Shown here: positions 1-13,700 of the stretch, in pieces | Position numbering within the stretch: position 1 is the stretch's first letter | Layout of the letters: each line of letters starts with the position of its first letter | Origin: Heteronotia binoei | Lineage: Eukaryota | Direction: 5' to 3' | Assembly: GCF_032191835.1 (NCBI RefSeq) | Contig: NC_083225.1 | Coordinates: 45,818,001 to 45,882,000, forward strand | Length of the DNA: 64,000 nucleotides | Program-made: the position numbers and the translations under genes | Notes under the pieces: generated by a model | What the model was told of the DNA's origin: nothing | The model's input: the letters and a program-made list of their open reading frames with translations, nothing else | The model's database searches: none

Positions 1-800
1 CCTAAATAAAGTGAATTGCAGTAGTCCAATCTGGAGGTGACCATTGGATGGATTAATGTGACAAAGTCTGACCCAGACAAATAAAGAGCTGGCTGGCAGG
101 CCTGGCATAGATGAAAAACTGCTAACTGTGCTATCATGGACACTTGTTTATCCATGATAGTGCAGAATCCAACCACATCTCAAGGCTTTTTACAGAGACT
201 ACCGCTGTCAACTGAACACCATCATGTCTTGGGGGTGACTTTCCAACTAGCATCAGTCTTTCCCAGCCACATGACCTACATCTTGAATGGATTCAGCTTC
301 AGCCAGCTCCCCCACTCCCCCAATCATTGGACTACCACATCCAGGCACTGGAATAGTGCTGAGAGCCCTGCCACTGCCTGGTTATCCAGCAGGAGGAAGA
401 ACTGGATATCTCAGCATATTGATAGCACCCAACACCAAACCTTCTGTCAATCTTTTCAAGAGGGTGGGTGTGTATATATCTCAAAGTCAATTCATTGAAC
501 AAACTGTCGGTAGGTCCAGATAAATCCTGCAGAACATTTTGGAAACCACTGGGATCCATTAGTCTCCATGAGCAAGCATAAATACACTCATCACCCCTAC
601 ATGGAGGAATGGCCACTCCCAAATGACCCTTACAAGGAAATGGTCTGACCATGGTACCTATTCACAGACAGCTGCATTATTCAGATCAAACCTTGTGCAG
701 AAGATCAAATCTAGCACGTGGCCTGCTTCATGTGTGGCATCTATACAACCTGGGAGAGTCTCAGTGTTGTCATGGCAGCCATGAAGTCTGAGACTACACA
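1..800 (-). mobile_element. Degraded, internally deleted L2-type LINE
   Basis: Minus strand: endonuclease-end motifs ATHEAGHVLDLIF and PWSDHFL, linker RLMDPSGFQNVL, then RT motifs PLEKIDRRFGVGCYQYA and WLKLNP. Confidence 0.75.
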
Positions 801-2081
801 GGTAAGGAAGTAATTGAGTGAATGTTAAAGTCCCCCAAGACCAACAGTCTTGTAAAACGCAGTGTCCACTCAGCTACTTCCTCCGATAGTTTCAGAAGGG
901 AGTCCACTGGTGAGCTGGGTGGTACACCAGCAGGACTTCCACCCTTTCCCTGACACCCCAAACCAGGCCAATATACCCAATGTCAATTATGTTGGGTGCA
1001 AGGATCCTGTGGAAGAAAAAACACTGATTCTATTGGCTTGATTTTGATAGAAAGTGTTTTGGGATTACATGTAGGTTTAGATATATAGGCACACCCTGAA
1101 TCTAAGTGCCCAAGTCAAATCATTGCAATAATCAATAAAACCACTGCAAGTAAAGATATGGGATTAAGACCAATGGCATGTCTAAAAGAAGCCTATTGCA
1201 ATCTCACTGACCATGATCCACAATATTTCCTTCTTCCTTTCACCTCTCCACTTCCCTTTCCAACTATGTTTTCAATTGAATTTAATGTGATTTTTTTTTT
1301 ACATCTTGTAATAGCAAGGGATTAAACAGTTACGCTGAATGAAAAATAAAATACATCACATGGGCAGACTGGATAGGTTGCTTGGCAACCTAACAGGCAA
1401 AATCCATAGCTGCATGGGAGCAGATGGGTTGTGAATGGCAGACTGAGCAGCGATATTCAAAAATTAGAACAAAAAATGAAAATGGCCATTCTGCATTGCC
1501 ACAAGTTTTTCTAAGCAGACCCTGGAAGATTACTGATTGCTATTATTTAAATTTTGAAAACATATGCTTTAACTCAGGCCTAGAGGAACTTTAATGCAGC
1601 AAGAACTTTGATACACATCTTCTGGTTCAGCCATATGAGATGCGCTTCTGAGATGTACTATGCCCGATACGCAGAAGATACCAGTTAATTCAGGGCAATG
1701 TAGAGCGACTGCCTGAGGCGTGATGGTGCACTAGGAAACTCTCCATTGTGTTATGGCTCAAGATCTAAAAAAAAAATAAAAAAAAATGGGATATGTGTTT
1801 CGTTAGGAAAAGCTATTATGCCCCAACATAACCGACAACTCATCTTTTAGTTGTCACATAGAAGAATTAAGGGTATTCATAGGCCTGTCCAATTTGTCTT
1901 GTAATCTGTCACCTGAGAAAGAAACAAACATGTCTTCAAACTGTAAGCCAAATGAGCTGAGCGGCGAGGAGGCATCATGGAGGAAAAAAGTGTTTGATCT
2001 TTATAGCAAGACAATAGGTGTCCATTGCAAGAAACTATACCCCAGTCTGAAAAGTTAATAGCTATTTCAGTTACTTACACA

Positions 2082-2251
2082 CAGAGCTGGCTCTAGACTG
2101 CCTGGCACCCTAGGCAAGGCTAACCTCTGGTGCCCACCCCCACCCCCAACTGATAATGTCACCAAGTCACATGGGGGCACCCAGTTCAGTGACCTAGAAG
2201 GCTAGTGCCCTAGGGAATTGCCTAGCTTACCTAGTGGCAGGGCAGGCCCTT
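2082..2251. mobile_element. Non-autonomous hAT-type MITE (CAGGGCCGGC-like ends, MER45-like)
   Basis: Degenerate TIRs cagagctggc / gcaggccct with an internal ggcaccctaggca motif also seen at 19856-20362. Confidence 0.55.
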
Positions 2252-4670
2252 CTTGCATAATGGATTTAAATACTCTCTGAAATCAACATCCCCACCCTTC
2301 CTACCTCGACAAATACAAGGTAGCAATAGATTAAAAAACAGGACAAAAAGCACAATGTGAAAGGCATGTTAGATGGGATCGCTACTTGCATTTAGATCAC
2401 AGCACCATCAAGATGATGCCACACAGGAGGCTTAAAACCAACATAACTTTATTGTGACTACAAATATACAGGAAACCTTGAACTACCTTGAATTACCTGC
2501 TACCAGAATTACCTGAACCAGAAATGAAAAGATATCTTAAATTTGTTGTTTTTAATTTGATATGTTTTATTTATTGTTCTTGAAATGTTTTAATGTTGTA
2601 AGCTGCCCTGAGCCAGCTTTGCAGGATAGGGTGGGGTAAAAATCGCAAATTAAATTAAAGTGAAACTGTTTTTACCAAGATGGAAGACTCCAGCTCTTCT
2701 TGCTGTGACAAACCAAGATACTTCATAAGTGATCATAATTGCATGGCTGCCTCCACCCTGCATTACAAAAGGTCATTTGAACAAAGAAATTTGGATGACT
2801 CAAAGAGGCTGCAACTGCTGAAAAAAAGCCAATGGAGGGATATCACTAGTACAAGGTGCAAAAGAGTAGAGGAAGCATGGTGTGTCATGTATTGTGCAAG
2901 CATCTGAGTAGAGTTGGCCGCTGGTCAGTGTGGATTGCTGATATCAGTGCTCATACATTGCTCTCAGCAAGTCAGCATTTGTACACTTCTGCAGGTCTGA
3001 CTACATCTGTCACTGCCATCTTGCATCTTCTGCTAGTGCAGGCATCAGGGTCTGCTGCTTACCTTCAGTTGCTACTTCTCACTGGCCACTGCTTTATCCT
3101 AGTCAGAAGCCTGCCTGCAACCCCTGACAGACTTGGGGGATGGGGGTGATTCACAGGGAAAAACTGAAGTTGTGTATGTGACAATATCAGTTCCAGTTAC
3201 AACCCTAGAAGTGGTGTTACTAACACCATAGAATTTCGCCAGGCTCTGCCATAATTGGCGAAATCCCAGAGCATTGGTGACATCACAGCCGGGCTTCAGC
3301 CAAAAGTGACATCAACATGTACACAACTTTTCTTTTCCCTCTTATTTTCCCCAGCTGACCGTTTGAACAGCAGTGGGAATTAGGAGGTGTTGGCAGGAGA
3401 TCATTCACCATACCAGGTGAGTTGGCAAGCCTGTTGGAATTTAGGACTCATAATCTGAAGCATACACAGATGAAATAAACCAGTCAGTAACACTTTTTTA
3501 AAAACATTATTGTTAAACTATTTATGAAAGAAATAGTATGTGGCATTGCAATTTCACCTACACTTAAAATGCCTTGGTTTTAGGCTTTATTGGGAATGAC
3601 ATTATGCCCCAAAGAAGCCCAAAACAGACTCTGGGACATTAGTAGTTATAGATTTTCCGGGCTGTATGGCCGTGGTCCTGGCATTGTGAGACCTGATGTT
3701 TTGCTAGCAACTGTGATTGACATCCTCGAAGGTATAACCCAGAAACTGGAGTTCTCTCTGGGTCAAAGCAAGAAGATGGTAGGCAGGTAATTTATATCTA
3801 TTCAGGAAGCTGGGGTAGGGCTGAGTCATTACTTTGTAGGAACTTCCCAGGCTGTGACATGCTAATGGAGGAGTTTTCCTGAGGAGGTTCTTTTGTATAT
3901 GGAGACAGACTCTGGGACAGTTAGAAGTGTCTCACACCCTAACAGAGTTCTTCCTGTATGGCTGTTCCAGGTTTTCATAGTGGCTAGCAGGGCTGCTGAG
4001 AACAAAGACCTCCAGAGAAAGATTATCTCTTCTCTCCCACTCCTGCCACAGTTTGAAAGGCAGTAGACACCAGTATTCATGTTGTGGAGCATGACATCCC
4101 CTTTTCTATTCATCCCATCCCAGTGTTCATACAGTGCTTTTTGTAGGAACTGCTTCCTGGTTTTTCTGCTTTTGAAATTGTACTCTATGATTCCATGCAG
4201 CTAGTATGTACATGAAGGGGGGCTCCTTTTGGGAATGCAATGCAGGCTGTTTAATGCAGTCCATATAGTAAACAGCACTTGAGGGAAGAGTCTCAGAAGT
4301 GCATTTAATTGCATTTTCCGCTTCTCCAAACAACAAGAGATTAGACCAGAATGAAATGTAATGGAACCAGTGCCTTTCCATCTACTTGAAGAAAGATGGG
4401 CAGCTTAGTGAATAGGGGTTATTAATATGCTAGGAAAGGGCTAAGCCTGCCTAGAACTAATAAAATTCAAACCTGTTTTTAAAGGTGAATTTTTCAGTTC
4501 AGCTCTGAAAGGCAATTCCTTTGTTAATTTATCTGCAGAGCCTGTAGATAGCAGGAGGACTCATTGGGGCCAGGCCTGGCAGCGTCAAATGGGCAACTTG
4601 CTACTATGCGACTTGCATAACTCACCCTTGACTGGCTGATTGCTACTATTCAACCGAAACTACCTAACAA

Positions 4671-4822
4671 AAGCCAATGTGGTGTAATGGTTAGAGTTTC
4701 AAACTAGGATTTGGGGGACCTTGCTTGGAATCATCACTCTGCTGTGGAAGCTCACAGAGTGACTTTGGGCCAGTTAACATATTCTCAGCCTCACTTACCT
4801 CACAGGGTTGTTGTGATAAAAT
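4671..4822 (+). mobile_element. tRNA-derived SINE (MIR/Squam3-like), truncated
   Basis: A-box-like tggtgtaatggttag head and core gtgactttgggccagt...ctcagcctcacttacctcacagggttgttgtg. Confidence 0.7.
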
Positions 4823-4844
4823 GTTGGACATATAGAGGATGGTG

Positions 4845-5920
4845 TGGAATTGTTTTCTGTGATCCCAGAAGGTAGAACCAGAACCAATGGGTTGAAATTA
4901 AATCAAAAGAGTTTCTGGCTCAACGTTAGGAAGAACTTTCTGACCATTAGAGCGGTTCCTCAGTGGAATAGGCTTCCTCGGGAGGTGATGGGCTCTTCTT
5001 CCTTTGAGGTTTTTAAACAGAGGTTAGATGGCCATCTGACAGCAATGAAGATCCTGTGAATTTAGGGGGGAGGTATTTCCGAGCTTATTGCATTGTACAG
5101 GGGTTGTCAGGGGTGTCAAACACCCGGCCCACAGGTCGCATCCAGCCTGCCCAAGGCTTTGATCAGGCCCCTGGGGCTCTTTTCTCTCTCCTCCTCCCCC
5201 TCCTGTCCTTACCTTTTGAAGCTCCCAGGTTCTTTGAAGCAGGCTGAGTTCCAGGTTCTTCCTGCCTTTCTTTGCTGGCTGCTGCAAGGAGAATGTGGGG
5301 TGGATTTTAATATCCATTCCACATTTTCCTCGCAGCTTTGTCTGTACTCTGCAATGGTTTCAAATGGAGTGGAGATGGTTACATTTTCAGCTTTCCTATA
5401 GCTAACTGAAACTCATGCTTCCTGGAGTTCTGTCCTTGCAAACAGGGGTTGATGCTTTCAGCCAGCTTATCTCTCCTGAATGCACCTAACCTAGTGAGTA
5501 CTCTAATGTGGAAACCCACAGCCAAAGGAGGATATTTTACTGGAAAGGTTTTGCCAATCTGAGTAGACTGGTGGGGAGAAGTTTACAATGCCATTTCATT
5601 GTTTCCACAGAGTCAGAGCCTTGAGCTTTTTCTTGATGTTTTATTTTAAAAATTGCATTGCCAAATTCCACTTAAACCATTGGAAGAGTTTTAAGCATGT
5701 TTGTATTTTAAGTTTTTAAAAATATCTTTAGTTGCGTTTGTCTGTGTCCATTATAAAGTTAATATCTCCACTATCTGACATATTTTATGACACTCATGGC
5801 TCAACCCCACAAAGTCCCATTTGTGTCAGATCTGGCCCTCCTAACAAATGAGTTTGACACCCCTGGACTAGATGACCCTGAAGGTCCCATTCAACTCTAT
5901 GATTCTATGACTCTCTGATT
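4845..5920 (+). mobile_element. CR1 LINE 3' end, interrupted by a hAT MITE
   Basis: ELFSVIPEGRTRTNGLKLNQKSFWLNVRKNFLTIRAVPQWNRLPREV...FKQRLDGHL, then a 3' UTR that resumes at 5866 and ends in (attctatg)-like repeats. Confidence 0.9.
5108..5865. mobile_element. hAT-Charlie-like non-autonomous DNA transposon
   Basis: Perfect 14-bp TIRs caggggtgtcaaac / gtttgacacccctg; right flank gactagat; the left TSD copy appears mostly deleted. Confidence 0.85.
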
Positions 5921-7536
5921 CTAAGAGAATGATATAAGCTGCTTTGGTCTACATTGTGGAGAAAGGTGAGATATAAATAAAATAAATATAGCTAGAGAGA
6001 GGAGGCAGATGAAAAGTAGAAGCATGGAAAGGTGAGGAAATGGGGGGTTGCTAGTTGGAGGGAAGAGGAAAATAGTACAGGAGAGGGGATACAAGGAAAA
6101 ATGAGGTGCTTCTTGCAAGTCCTTGCAGGTTTCCCACAATGCAGCTAGAAATTGGCCCAGCTTTGTAGCCAGCACTGTATAACTAGCCTGGGTCATAGCT
6201 TTCCTGGGCAGCTGCTGCCGGGTGAGGGAAGAACGGAAAGCTGAGGGGGGGGGGGCAGATAAAGGGAGGTTGACTGGTGAGTGGGAAGGAGAGATGGAAG
6301 CAGGAAAAAGGGAGGGACTAAAGGGCTTCCAGGGTAGGCAAAATGGAAATAATGGGGGAGAAGAAATGAGATGTCCCTTGCAAATCTCCTACTTATAACA
6401 TTGTAATCCTAAACCATCTACATGGCAACAGCACCCTTCAAAGCAGTTTGCTATACTTGGCCCTGTCAAACAAACACAGCACAGATATGCAGACTACTTC
6501 CAGATACATAGCAAGGTCCAAGGGAACTCATGCATCGCACCTGCACAGCCCCATGAAAGTCACCAGCACTCAAGTGTGGCCAGTGAGTGCTGTGATCTGA
6601 CCAAAGGTATAATGTCATGCACAAAGAATTTCTCTAGATCATGACGACTCTATAAAGAATGCAAAGTTGAAGGCTGATACTGGGACCTTAAGAGAAGTTA
6701 AGCCTTTCTAATGTTGATTTAAGTGGATTTAGAAGGGGATAATTTTGTTTAGGATCGCACTTCTAATGTGTTCATCTGAAGTTGGGTCAGTGTCGAAAAA
6801 GAGCACCTAACCCTTTTCACCCTGCAGATTGTTGAGGCTGATTGATAAGTTGCTGTCATTTGTTTGGGTTAAAATGTGCAAAAAACCCTACAACCACGTA
6901 TTAATGCTATGCTTAGTCATTTTCTCATTCCCTCTGGTTCTGCTCACTTGCTACCCATAATCTTCCTTGAAAGTTTTGCTTTTGGAAAATTATAGCCTCT
7001 GCAAATTGGAGATTCTGTGGCCATAACATTATTCTTCAAAGTATCTTACCTTGGAATTAGAACAAGGGTATAAAACATTTGTCCTGAGGCAAGCAAAGTC
7101 AGAGGCATAAAATACATGTCTCATAAGTTAGCCAGCACTTCCCCCTCCTCTCCCCTCTCTAAGATAATAAAACTTTATTGCTGTGGATTAACACGGTGTG
7201 TAATACTATAATTTTGGGCTGCTGGTGGCAAGGATACCCTTACCTAGGCCTCTGGGACAAAGCGGGGCGGAGGGGAGCAAACAAGTGTGGTCACATGACT
7301 TACTCCTCTGACTCATAAAGCTGAGGCAGTTCTTCAGAGCAACATCTATTAGTAGTCCAAATGAATGACTCGATCCTGTGATGCTCAACTCCATCTTCAG
7401 AATTTCATGGGTCCTGGAAGTTATTGGGTGTAATCTGTGAACAAATGTTCTGTGTGAATGAGCCTGGACCTTCCCAAACTGGACTCTGTATTATGCAAAA
7501 GAATCAGCATGGCAGAGAATCAGACTTGGATCTGAG

Positions 7537-7655
7537 AAGGTAATGGTAGTCCCCTGTGCAAGCATCGAGTCATTACCAACCCACGGGGTGACAGCACATC
7601 ACAATGTGTTCTTGGAAGACTTTTCTTATGGGGTGATTTGCCATTGCCTTCCAAA
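7537..7655 (-). mobile_element. Sauria-type SINE 3' tail fragment inserted in a MIR-like SINE (7499-7850)
   Basis: ggtagtcccctgtgcaagca...ggggtgatttgccattgccttcc is the reverse complement of the tail of the SINE at 61119-61510. Confidence 0.7.
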
Positions 7656-8154
7656 AAACCCCATTCAAATCCCCAGCTTGCCATGGAAGACTCGTGGGGG
7701 ACTTTGAGCCAGTCACACACTCTTAGGCTAACCTACTTCACAGGGCTGCTGTGAGGATATAAATGAAGGAGAGGACAACAATGGAAGCTACTGTGGGTCT
7801 CTATTGGGGAGAGAAGGCAGGGTATAAATGAAACAAATAAACAAAAAAATAGTCCAATAAGGAAGAAACCCTTTCCTGTGCTATTCCTCACTCTGATGGT
7901 AGCAGGAGCTGCTGATGCAGGGCTGGTCCTACAAGCCCCTTCCACTAAATTGGACTTGGTGATATTTTCAGCTGTCATCCTTCAACAGAGAATGGGGAAT
8001 GACTTTCAGATGGCAAATGGCTTCCTTTGATGAAGTCTTTTCCTTTGTTGAAAAGTGTCTCTGCCCAGGTCATAGAGTCCCATAGGTTTTTAACACTTGG
8101 CTCGAAGAGAGCAGCAATCAGTCAACAGGTTATGAGTCCAGATAAGGGAGTTAG

Positions 8155-8341
8155 CGGGGGTGGAATTCTAGCAGGAGCTCCTTTGCATATTAGGCCACAC
8201 ACCTCAATGTAGCCAATCCTGCAAGAGCTTAAAAGGCTCTTTTTTGGAACACCCCATGTGTAGCTAATTCTTGGAGGATTAGCTGCATAAGGGGTGTGTG
8301 GCCTAATATGCAAAGGAGCTCCTGCTAGAATTTCACCCCTG
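8155..8341. mobile_element. Palindromic hAT MITE
   Basis: TIR-extended hairpin ggggtggaattctagcaggagctcctttgcatattaggccacac / reverse; perfect 8-bp TSD ggagttag (8147-8154 / 8342-8349). Confidence 0.92.
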
Positions 8342-8784
8342 GGAGTTAGAGACAGATACTAACAAAATGGTGTCTTTCTGGGGCTCATGGCAACTTCAGT
8401 CAATTCCCTTTTAGAACTAAACATGTAAACTAAAATCCTCTCATAATGCTTCTGGCCATTTTGACTGTGAACCCTCTGCCAGTCTGAGGGCTTCACCACG
8501 TGACTCTATGAAGACGGCTCCTGATCACTCTGGAGCAAAGACCTATTGCTGGCCCAAGGCCTAACAGAGTAGCAACACTAAACATTGTTGCGTCAATAAT
8601 CTTAACTAATAATCTTAACAACATCAGTCCTTCCTGCTTCACAAAGTGCCTGCTGTGGGGAGAGGAGGAGAAAGTTGGGAAGGGTGCTGCTGGTTCTGGT
8701 GGTCCAGATCCTCCCTTAGTTAGCAAAGTGCACAAGGCTTTAATGCAGCAGAGCTTGTATTAGACCTGACCATGTGCTTGCAAG

Positions 8785-9592
8785 GTAGGGATCCCAATCC
8801 CCTGGTCCGAGTGGGGGATCCCCCAATTTGGGGAGGGCTTTCCCACCACTGGCCAGCAGGGGAAATACCACCCCAAAATGAGGTTTCTCGGGCCATTTCT
8901 GGTAAAACCGGAAATGGCCTGAAAAACTGGAAGTGCTGCCCCATAGCAGCCATTTGAGTGGGGAAGCACAAAGGACCACTCAAATGGCTGCTAAGCAACT
9001 TGAGTGATCCCTTTTGCTTCCCCTAGGGAAACAAAAAGGACCACTCAAAATGGCTGCAAAGCTTCAGTGATCCTGATCACTGAGCAGGCTTAGTTTACGC
9101 TAGCAACTATCCCTTTTCAGGGATCAGTTTTGCTCCTCCCCCCCCCCCCCCCCCCGATTAGAAGCAGGGAGGAATGAAACTGCCAATGAAATGGCTGGCA
9201 GCCATTTGAGTGGTCCATTTTCATCCCCCTAGATACCACTCAAATGGCTGCCAGCCATTTCCTGTTTAGGCTACTTCTGATTTTACCAGAAGTGGTCCAA
9301 AATGTTGTTTGCATACCCACCCACCTCCCAGAACACCCCCCCCCCCAAAGGCCTCCACCGGAAAGGTAAGGGGGCTTGGCAACCTTAGTGAGTGTGTGTG
9401 AGAGAGTGTGTAAGTGCAGCCAGCTGCTGGGGAGAACGAGGAAATGACTGTATTCAGGGGAAATGTACCGCTGTATATTTATTTATTCATTTGTTTTAGG
9501 GAATGGGAAAGTCTTTTCACTTCACCCCCAAAGTCTCCTGGCCACACTCCTAAAGTCCCCAGGTATTTTCTTAGTTAGACTTGGCAGCCCTA
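8785..9592. mobile_element. Composite hAT (TAGGGTTGCCA-type, MER53-like) elements
   Basis: Ends tagggatccc / tggcaaccttag plus a second terminus ttggcagccct at ~9590 that is shared with 18600-18740. Confidence 0.55.
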
Positions 9593-9734
9593 TTGCAAAG
9601 TGACAAAGTTACACAGAGCCACTGTTTCAAGTTGAAACAAAATAATATCTACTTTATTCTATGTAGTGTGGGGTTAAGAAACAGAGACAGTTCTTATGCT
9701 GTCTAACAAGCAAATGAGAGTGAATGTAGAGAGG

Positions 9735-9950
9735 ACAGGCTGCCAGGTCTGTGTTGGAAAATACCTGGAGACTTTGGGAGTGAATCTGGGAGAGGGCAGG
9801 GTTGGGGAGGGGAGGGACCTCAGCATGGGACGATGCCATAAAGTCCACCCTGCAAAGCAACCATTTTCTCCAGGGGAGTTGATCTCTACCAGCTGGAGAT
9901 CAGTTGGAAAAGTGGGAGATCTTCAGGCCCCACCTGGAGGCTGGCAATCT
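9735..9950 (+). mobile_element. TAGGGTTGCCA-family hAT MITE; further copies at ~10840-11000, 11547-11750, 14030-14270, 21792-21973, 28740-28895, 44070-44200, 54197-54433
   Basis: Shared body ggaaaatacctggagactttggg...ccattttctccaggggaactgatctct...cacctggaggctggcaaccta with (t)agggttgcca / tggcaacccta termini. Confidence 0.8.
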
Positions 9951-12900
9951 AAGAGAGGAGCATCCTGGATCCCCTATCTTGTGTGTATGGAGGGGAGAGA
10001 GAAAGAGAGAGATGCTGTCAAATTGCTTTGGATTTATGGTGAGTGTAAGAATTAATGTTCTCCAAAATGTCCCGTGGTTAACAGCCTTGCCCAAGGCTTG
10101 CAAACTGAAGGGGGGGGGGGGGGGGGCGGTACTGATTGTACTGTGTCCATACAAGAAGTTTACGCAGTTACAGACTGAACAAATGAGGAAAAAATATTCT
10201 CCCTCAGCCTTTTGCAGTTGCATTGCTGGATTGCAGCCTGAGTAGATGGCTGCTGAGTCTGCCTTGCATGTTACAATCATCCCAGTCTTGGTGGGAGAAT
10301 AACGAATAACTTCAGCTTGCACTTTTGGCACAGAAAAGTGCACAGGACTCCCCTCCCCTTTCAATTCCCCCTTTTCCACATGCAAAAGTTAAAAGTTAAA
10401 TTGGATTGAATCAGGTAAGGATTCCAAGAATCAGTGCATCAGTTTTATTTTCATTTGTTTTGGGGACCCCTTCAGGAGAAGCATAGCAGTGATGGCATTT
10501 GGGCTGGTATCAAATGGGAGTATTTGTGGAAAAGCAAATTGGTTTTAAAGATAGAACAGCAGTGCTATCTAGTGGCCAGTTCCAGCATATCAAGCAGCCA
10601 GAAAATGCTTTCCTAATGCTGCTCCTTTTCTTGGTTTTAGCTACCGTACTTGCAAGGGAAATGAAAGAGACAGTGTGATGTGTTAGTCTGCATGCTTAAG
10701 CTTCCTTGTTACAAAAATATTACATGTACTCAAAAATGTATATTGTAAGAAAGCACTTTCTACCACCTGATTTTGCTATCTCTATACCAGAGGCCTCACA
10801 AAATGATCAAATGGGGGGGGGGGGGGGGTTGCGGCACAGGGGGAGATTCCTCCTCTGTCTCTTGCAGTTGCATTATTGGGTTAAATAGACAATGCCATAG
10901 AGTCCACCCTCCAAAGCATCCCATTTTCTCTGGAGGAACTGATCTTTGTAATCTGGAGATGAGCTGCAATTCCAAGGGATCCGCAGGTCCCACTTAGAGG
11001 TAAAACAACACAAAACTAACCTGTAACAATACAAAACTAACCCATTAAATGCAGAAGACCCTGTGATGTCTTTTTTCTCCTTCTCCCAAGACCGTGACCA
11101 CCCCTCTATCCTACTAGGCCAAATATGAAGTCTGAAGAATTTGTTTTATTTTTTAGATTCTGCTTGATGCAAGACAAATATATGAGTACAAGTGGGAACC
11201 CAGAAGAAACTTACGGGGTGACTATCCCATTCCCTAGCCTTTGCTTCCTCCCCTGTTTTGTCACAGTTTTCTCCCTCCTGCCACTCCTCTTCTTACTCTC
11301 ACTCTCTCTCCTCCACAGCTATCACTTTCTCTCTTTCTGCCTCTTCATCACTCTCTTGATTTTTCTGCCTCCCCACCTCATCACTCTTTCGCTCTCTTTC
11401 TGCCCCCACCCCATCACTCTATTTCTTTCTTTCTGCCCCCACCCCATCACTGCCCCAGCCTCTCAGCTGCTTACTCTTACTGCAGTGGCGGCAGCAGCTG
11501 TCCACGAATCACAGTGGATTTCTTAGCTACAGAGATCAGTTCCCCTTAGGGTTGCCATCTCCACGCTGGGAAATTCCTGGAGATTTGAGGGTGGAGCCTT
11601 TGGGACTGTGAGATTTGGGAAGGGAAGCAACCTCAGCAGGACATATCCAACCTCCAAAACAACCCTTTTATCCAGGGGAACTGATCTCTGTCATCTGGAA
11701 AGCAGATGCAATTCTGGGTGATCTCCACCTCTCACCTGGAGATTAGCAATGGTAATTCTCATGGAGGAAATGGCTGATTTGGAGGGTGGAGTCTATGGTA
11801 TTACATCAGCTTATATTATTGAGTGGTCGGGTATGTACATTTTATTAAAAAGCTATACAACTAGTGACTCATCAAGGTGAATCTAGACCACCATCCATAT
11901 GGTGGCCTGTCAGGTGTTTGACAAGCATCTGTTTTGTAGTCCCAGGTAGGCAGCAGGTGGTTTATTGAGCCTAGCAGGCTGCCATACATCAACGGAGCAG
12001 TGCTTTCTGTTTGCTGGGTCACAAATCATTTTGTACAATTTCTCAGATCACCCAAGATTGTATCTTTAGGCAACTCTTAGACAGGAAAGTGCAGGACAGG
12101 TAGAAGGGAATAAATGATGTTGTCAGGGAGGAAGATAATCAAGGAAGGCAGAAGGACATATGACAAAAATCTTCAGAATACACAGATTTCAGTTGTAACT
12201 GATGGGCAGTATGGCTCGGGCTGGAGGAAGTTCCTCTAGCCTAAGGAGACTTCCTCTAACTTAAGTGACTCTTCGGTTGGAGACAGAGCCACTTAAGCTG
12301 GAAAGCATAGTACTTTGCTTAGAGGAGTGCTAGGATACAAGCCAGTGAAGTTGCAAAAACAGGCCAGCATGCTGGTCCTACTCAAATCCTCAGGGAGGAC
12401 ATTCCAAAGGGCTGGAGCCACTATTTGGGGGGGGGGGGAGAGGGAGTGAAAGCAGCCACCAACTAGAGTTTAAACAGAGGGTTCTAAGTAGATGGAATTC
12501 TCCTTCTACACATCCACTTCCTCAGCTTCCTGTTGTATTAATTCACTAAAGAAGTCTGCATGCAAATTGCCATTATTTCAGTGGAGCAAATACTAACTTA
12601 GCTCTTACCTTTCTGATTAGATAACTGTAGATATAGCCATAGATATAAACATTACCTTTTAGACTCTTTGGCCCTGGGAATCACTGGACATTCCACAGGG
12701 TTACCAAAAAGTGAATCAAATGGACCACCAAGTTTACAATTTAAAACAACAGTTGACAACAGAAAGGGGGAAAATAGTTAATTTAAATTATTTATTTATT
12801 TTGCAGGCAGATGTAACTGGTAGACTAGTGGTTATGGTTTAGCAGTAGCCTCACATCTTTCAGTATAAGAGTACCCCCCTCCCCCGGAGTGAGTTCTTGC

Positions 12901-13335
12901 AGCTGTTGGGAGTGTTTCTATATGAATGGGGAAGGGCCAACTGTGAACAGCATCAGTTGGCTAATGCCTGTGACATCAGCAATATACCTCCACCCCAGTC
13001 CTACAGCAACTTTACACTTGTTTTTAAAACACTGTGGGGGTTTTTTTAATTAGGTCAGGATGAATTAGGACATACATTGATATTCTGTCCTTAAAATAAG
13101 TCTTTTAAAGATGGATGGGCCACTATGCATGAGCTGAAGGGCAAGACTGACAACTAAATTAATGCTTTGCACATTGGCACATTCAAGTGCAAATCAAATC
13201 CAGAGCCTGGGATCACACTTCATAATGCAGATGAACTGTGACTGCTGTTAAATTTTTTACATCTATCTTCATTCTACCTCAAGTATTCCATGTTCTTTGG
13301 TTTTAGAATAATTCATTCCTTTCTTTTATTATCAA

Positions 13336-13700
13336 CTAGGAATAAGGCCTGTTGTGAGGAAAAATACAATGGGCTCTAGAAAGACTCGCTGGGCGAGTGC
13401 CCCCCACCCCTGCTGTCTTCCTACCCACCCACCCAAGTGAAGGCATTCACTCAATCCACCCTTGGTGTCTTCCCACCCTACCCCCAACCACCTCTTCCTC
13501 TCAACTACCCCTGCACCCTTGGCATGACACTATTCCCCCCCACCCATGACATTTACTCACTCCACCCTTGCTGTCTTCCCACCCACCCTGCAGCCGAAAC
13601 AGATGTTGGCTTCCTCCCCTCCCCACATGTGTGGGTGTCCCCATGTCTGTGATGGCTCAAAGCCCTGAAAGAGACCAAGAATGGAGATAAAGAAGAATAA
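13336..13700 (-). mobile_element. Helitron-like element 3' terminus (5' boundary uncertain)
   Basis: Minus strand ends in a hairpin (arms 13347-13355 and 13366-13374), 7 nt, then CTAG|T, the canonical Helitron 3' end. Confidence 0.5.

Noticed and set aside
3550-4200. Solo LTR on the minus strand
   Set aside because: AATAAA- and TATA-like motifs are present, but I could not define TG...CA ends or a TSD.
11125-11549. Hydrophobic 133-aa ORF as a membrane protein
   Set aside because: Translation of pyrimidine-rich low-complexity repeats (ccccaccccatcactct).
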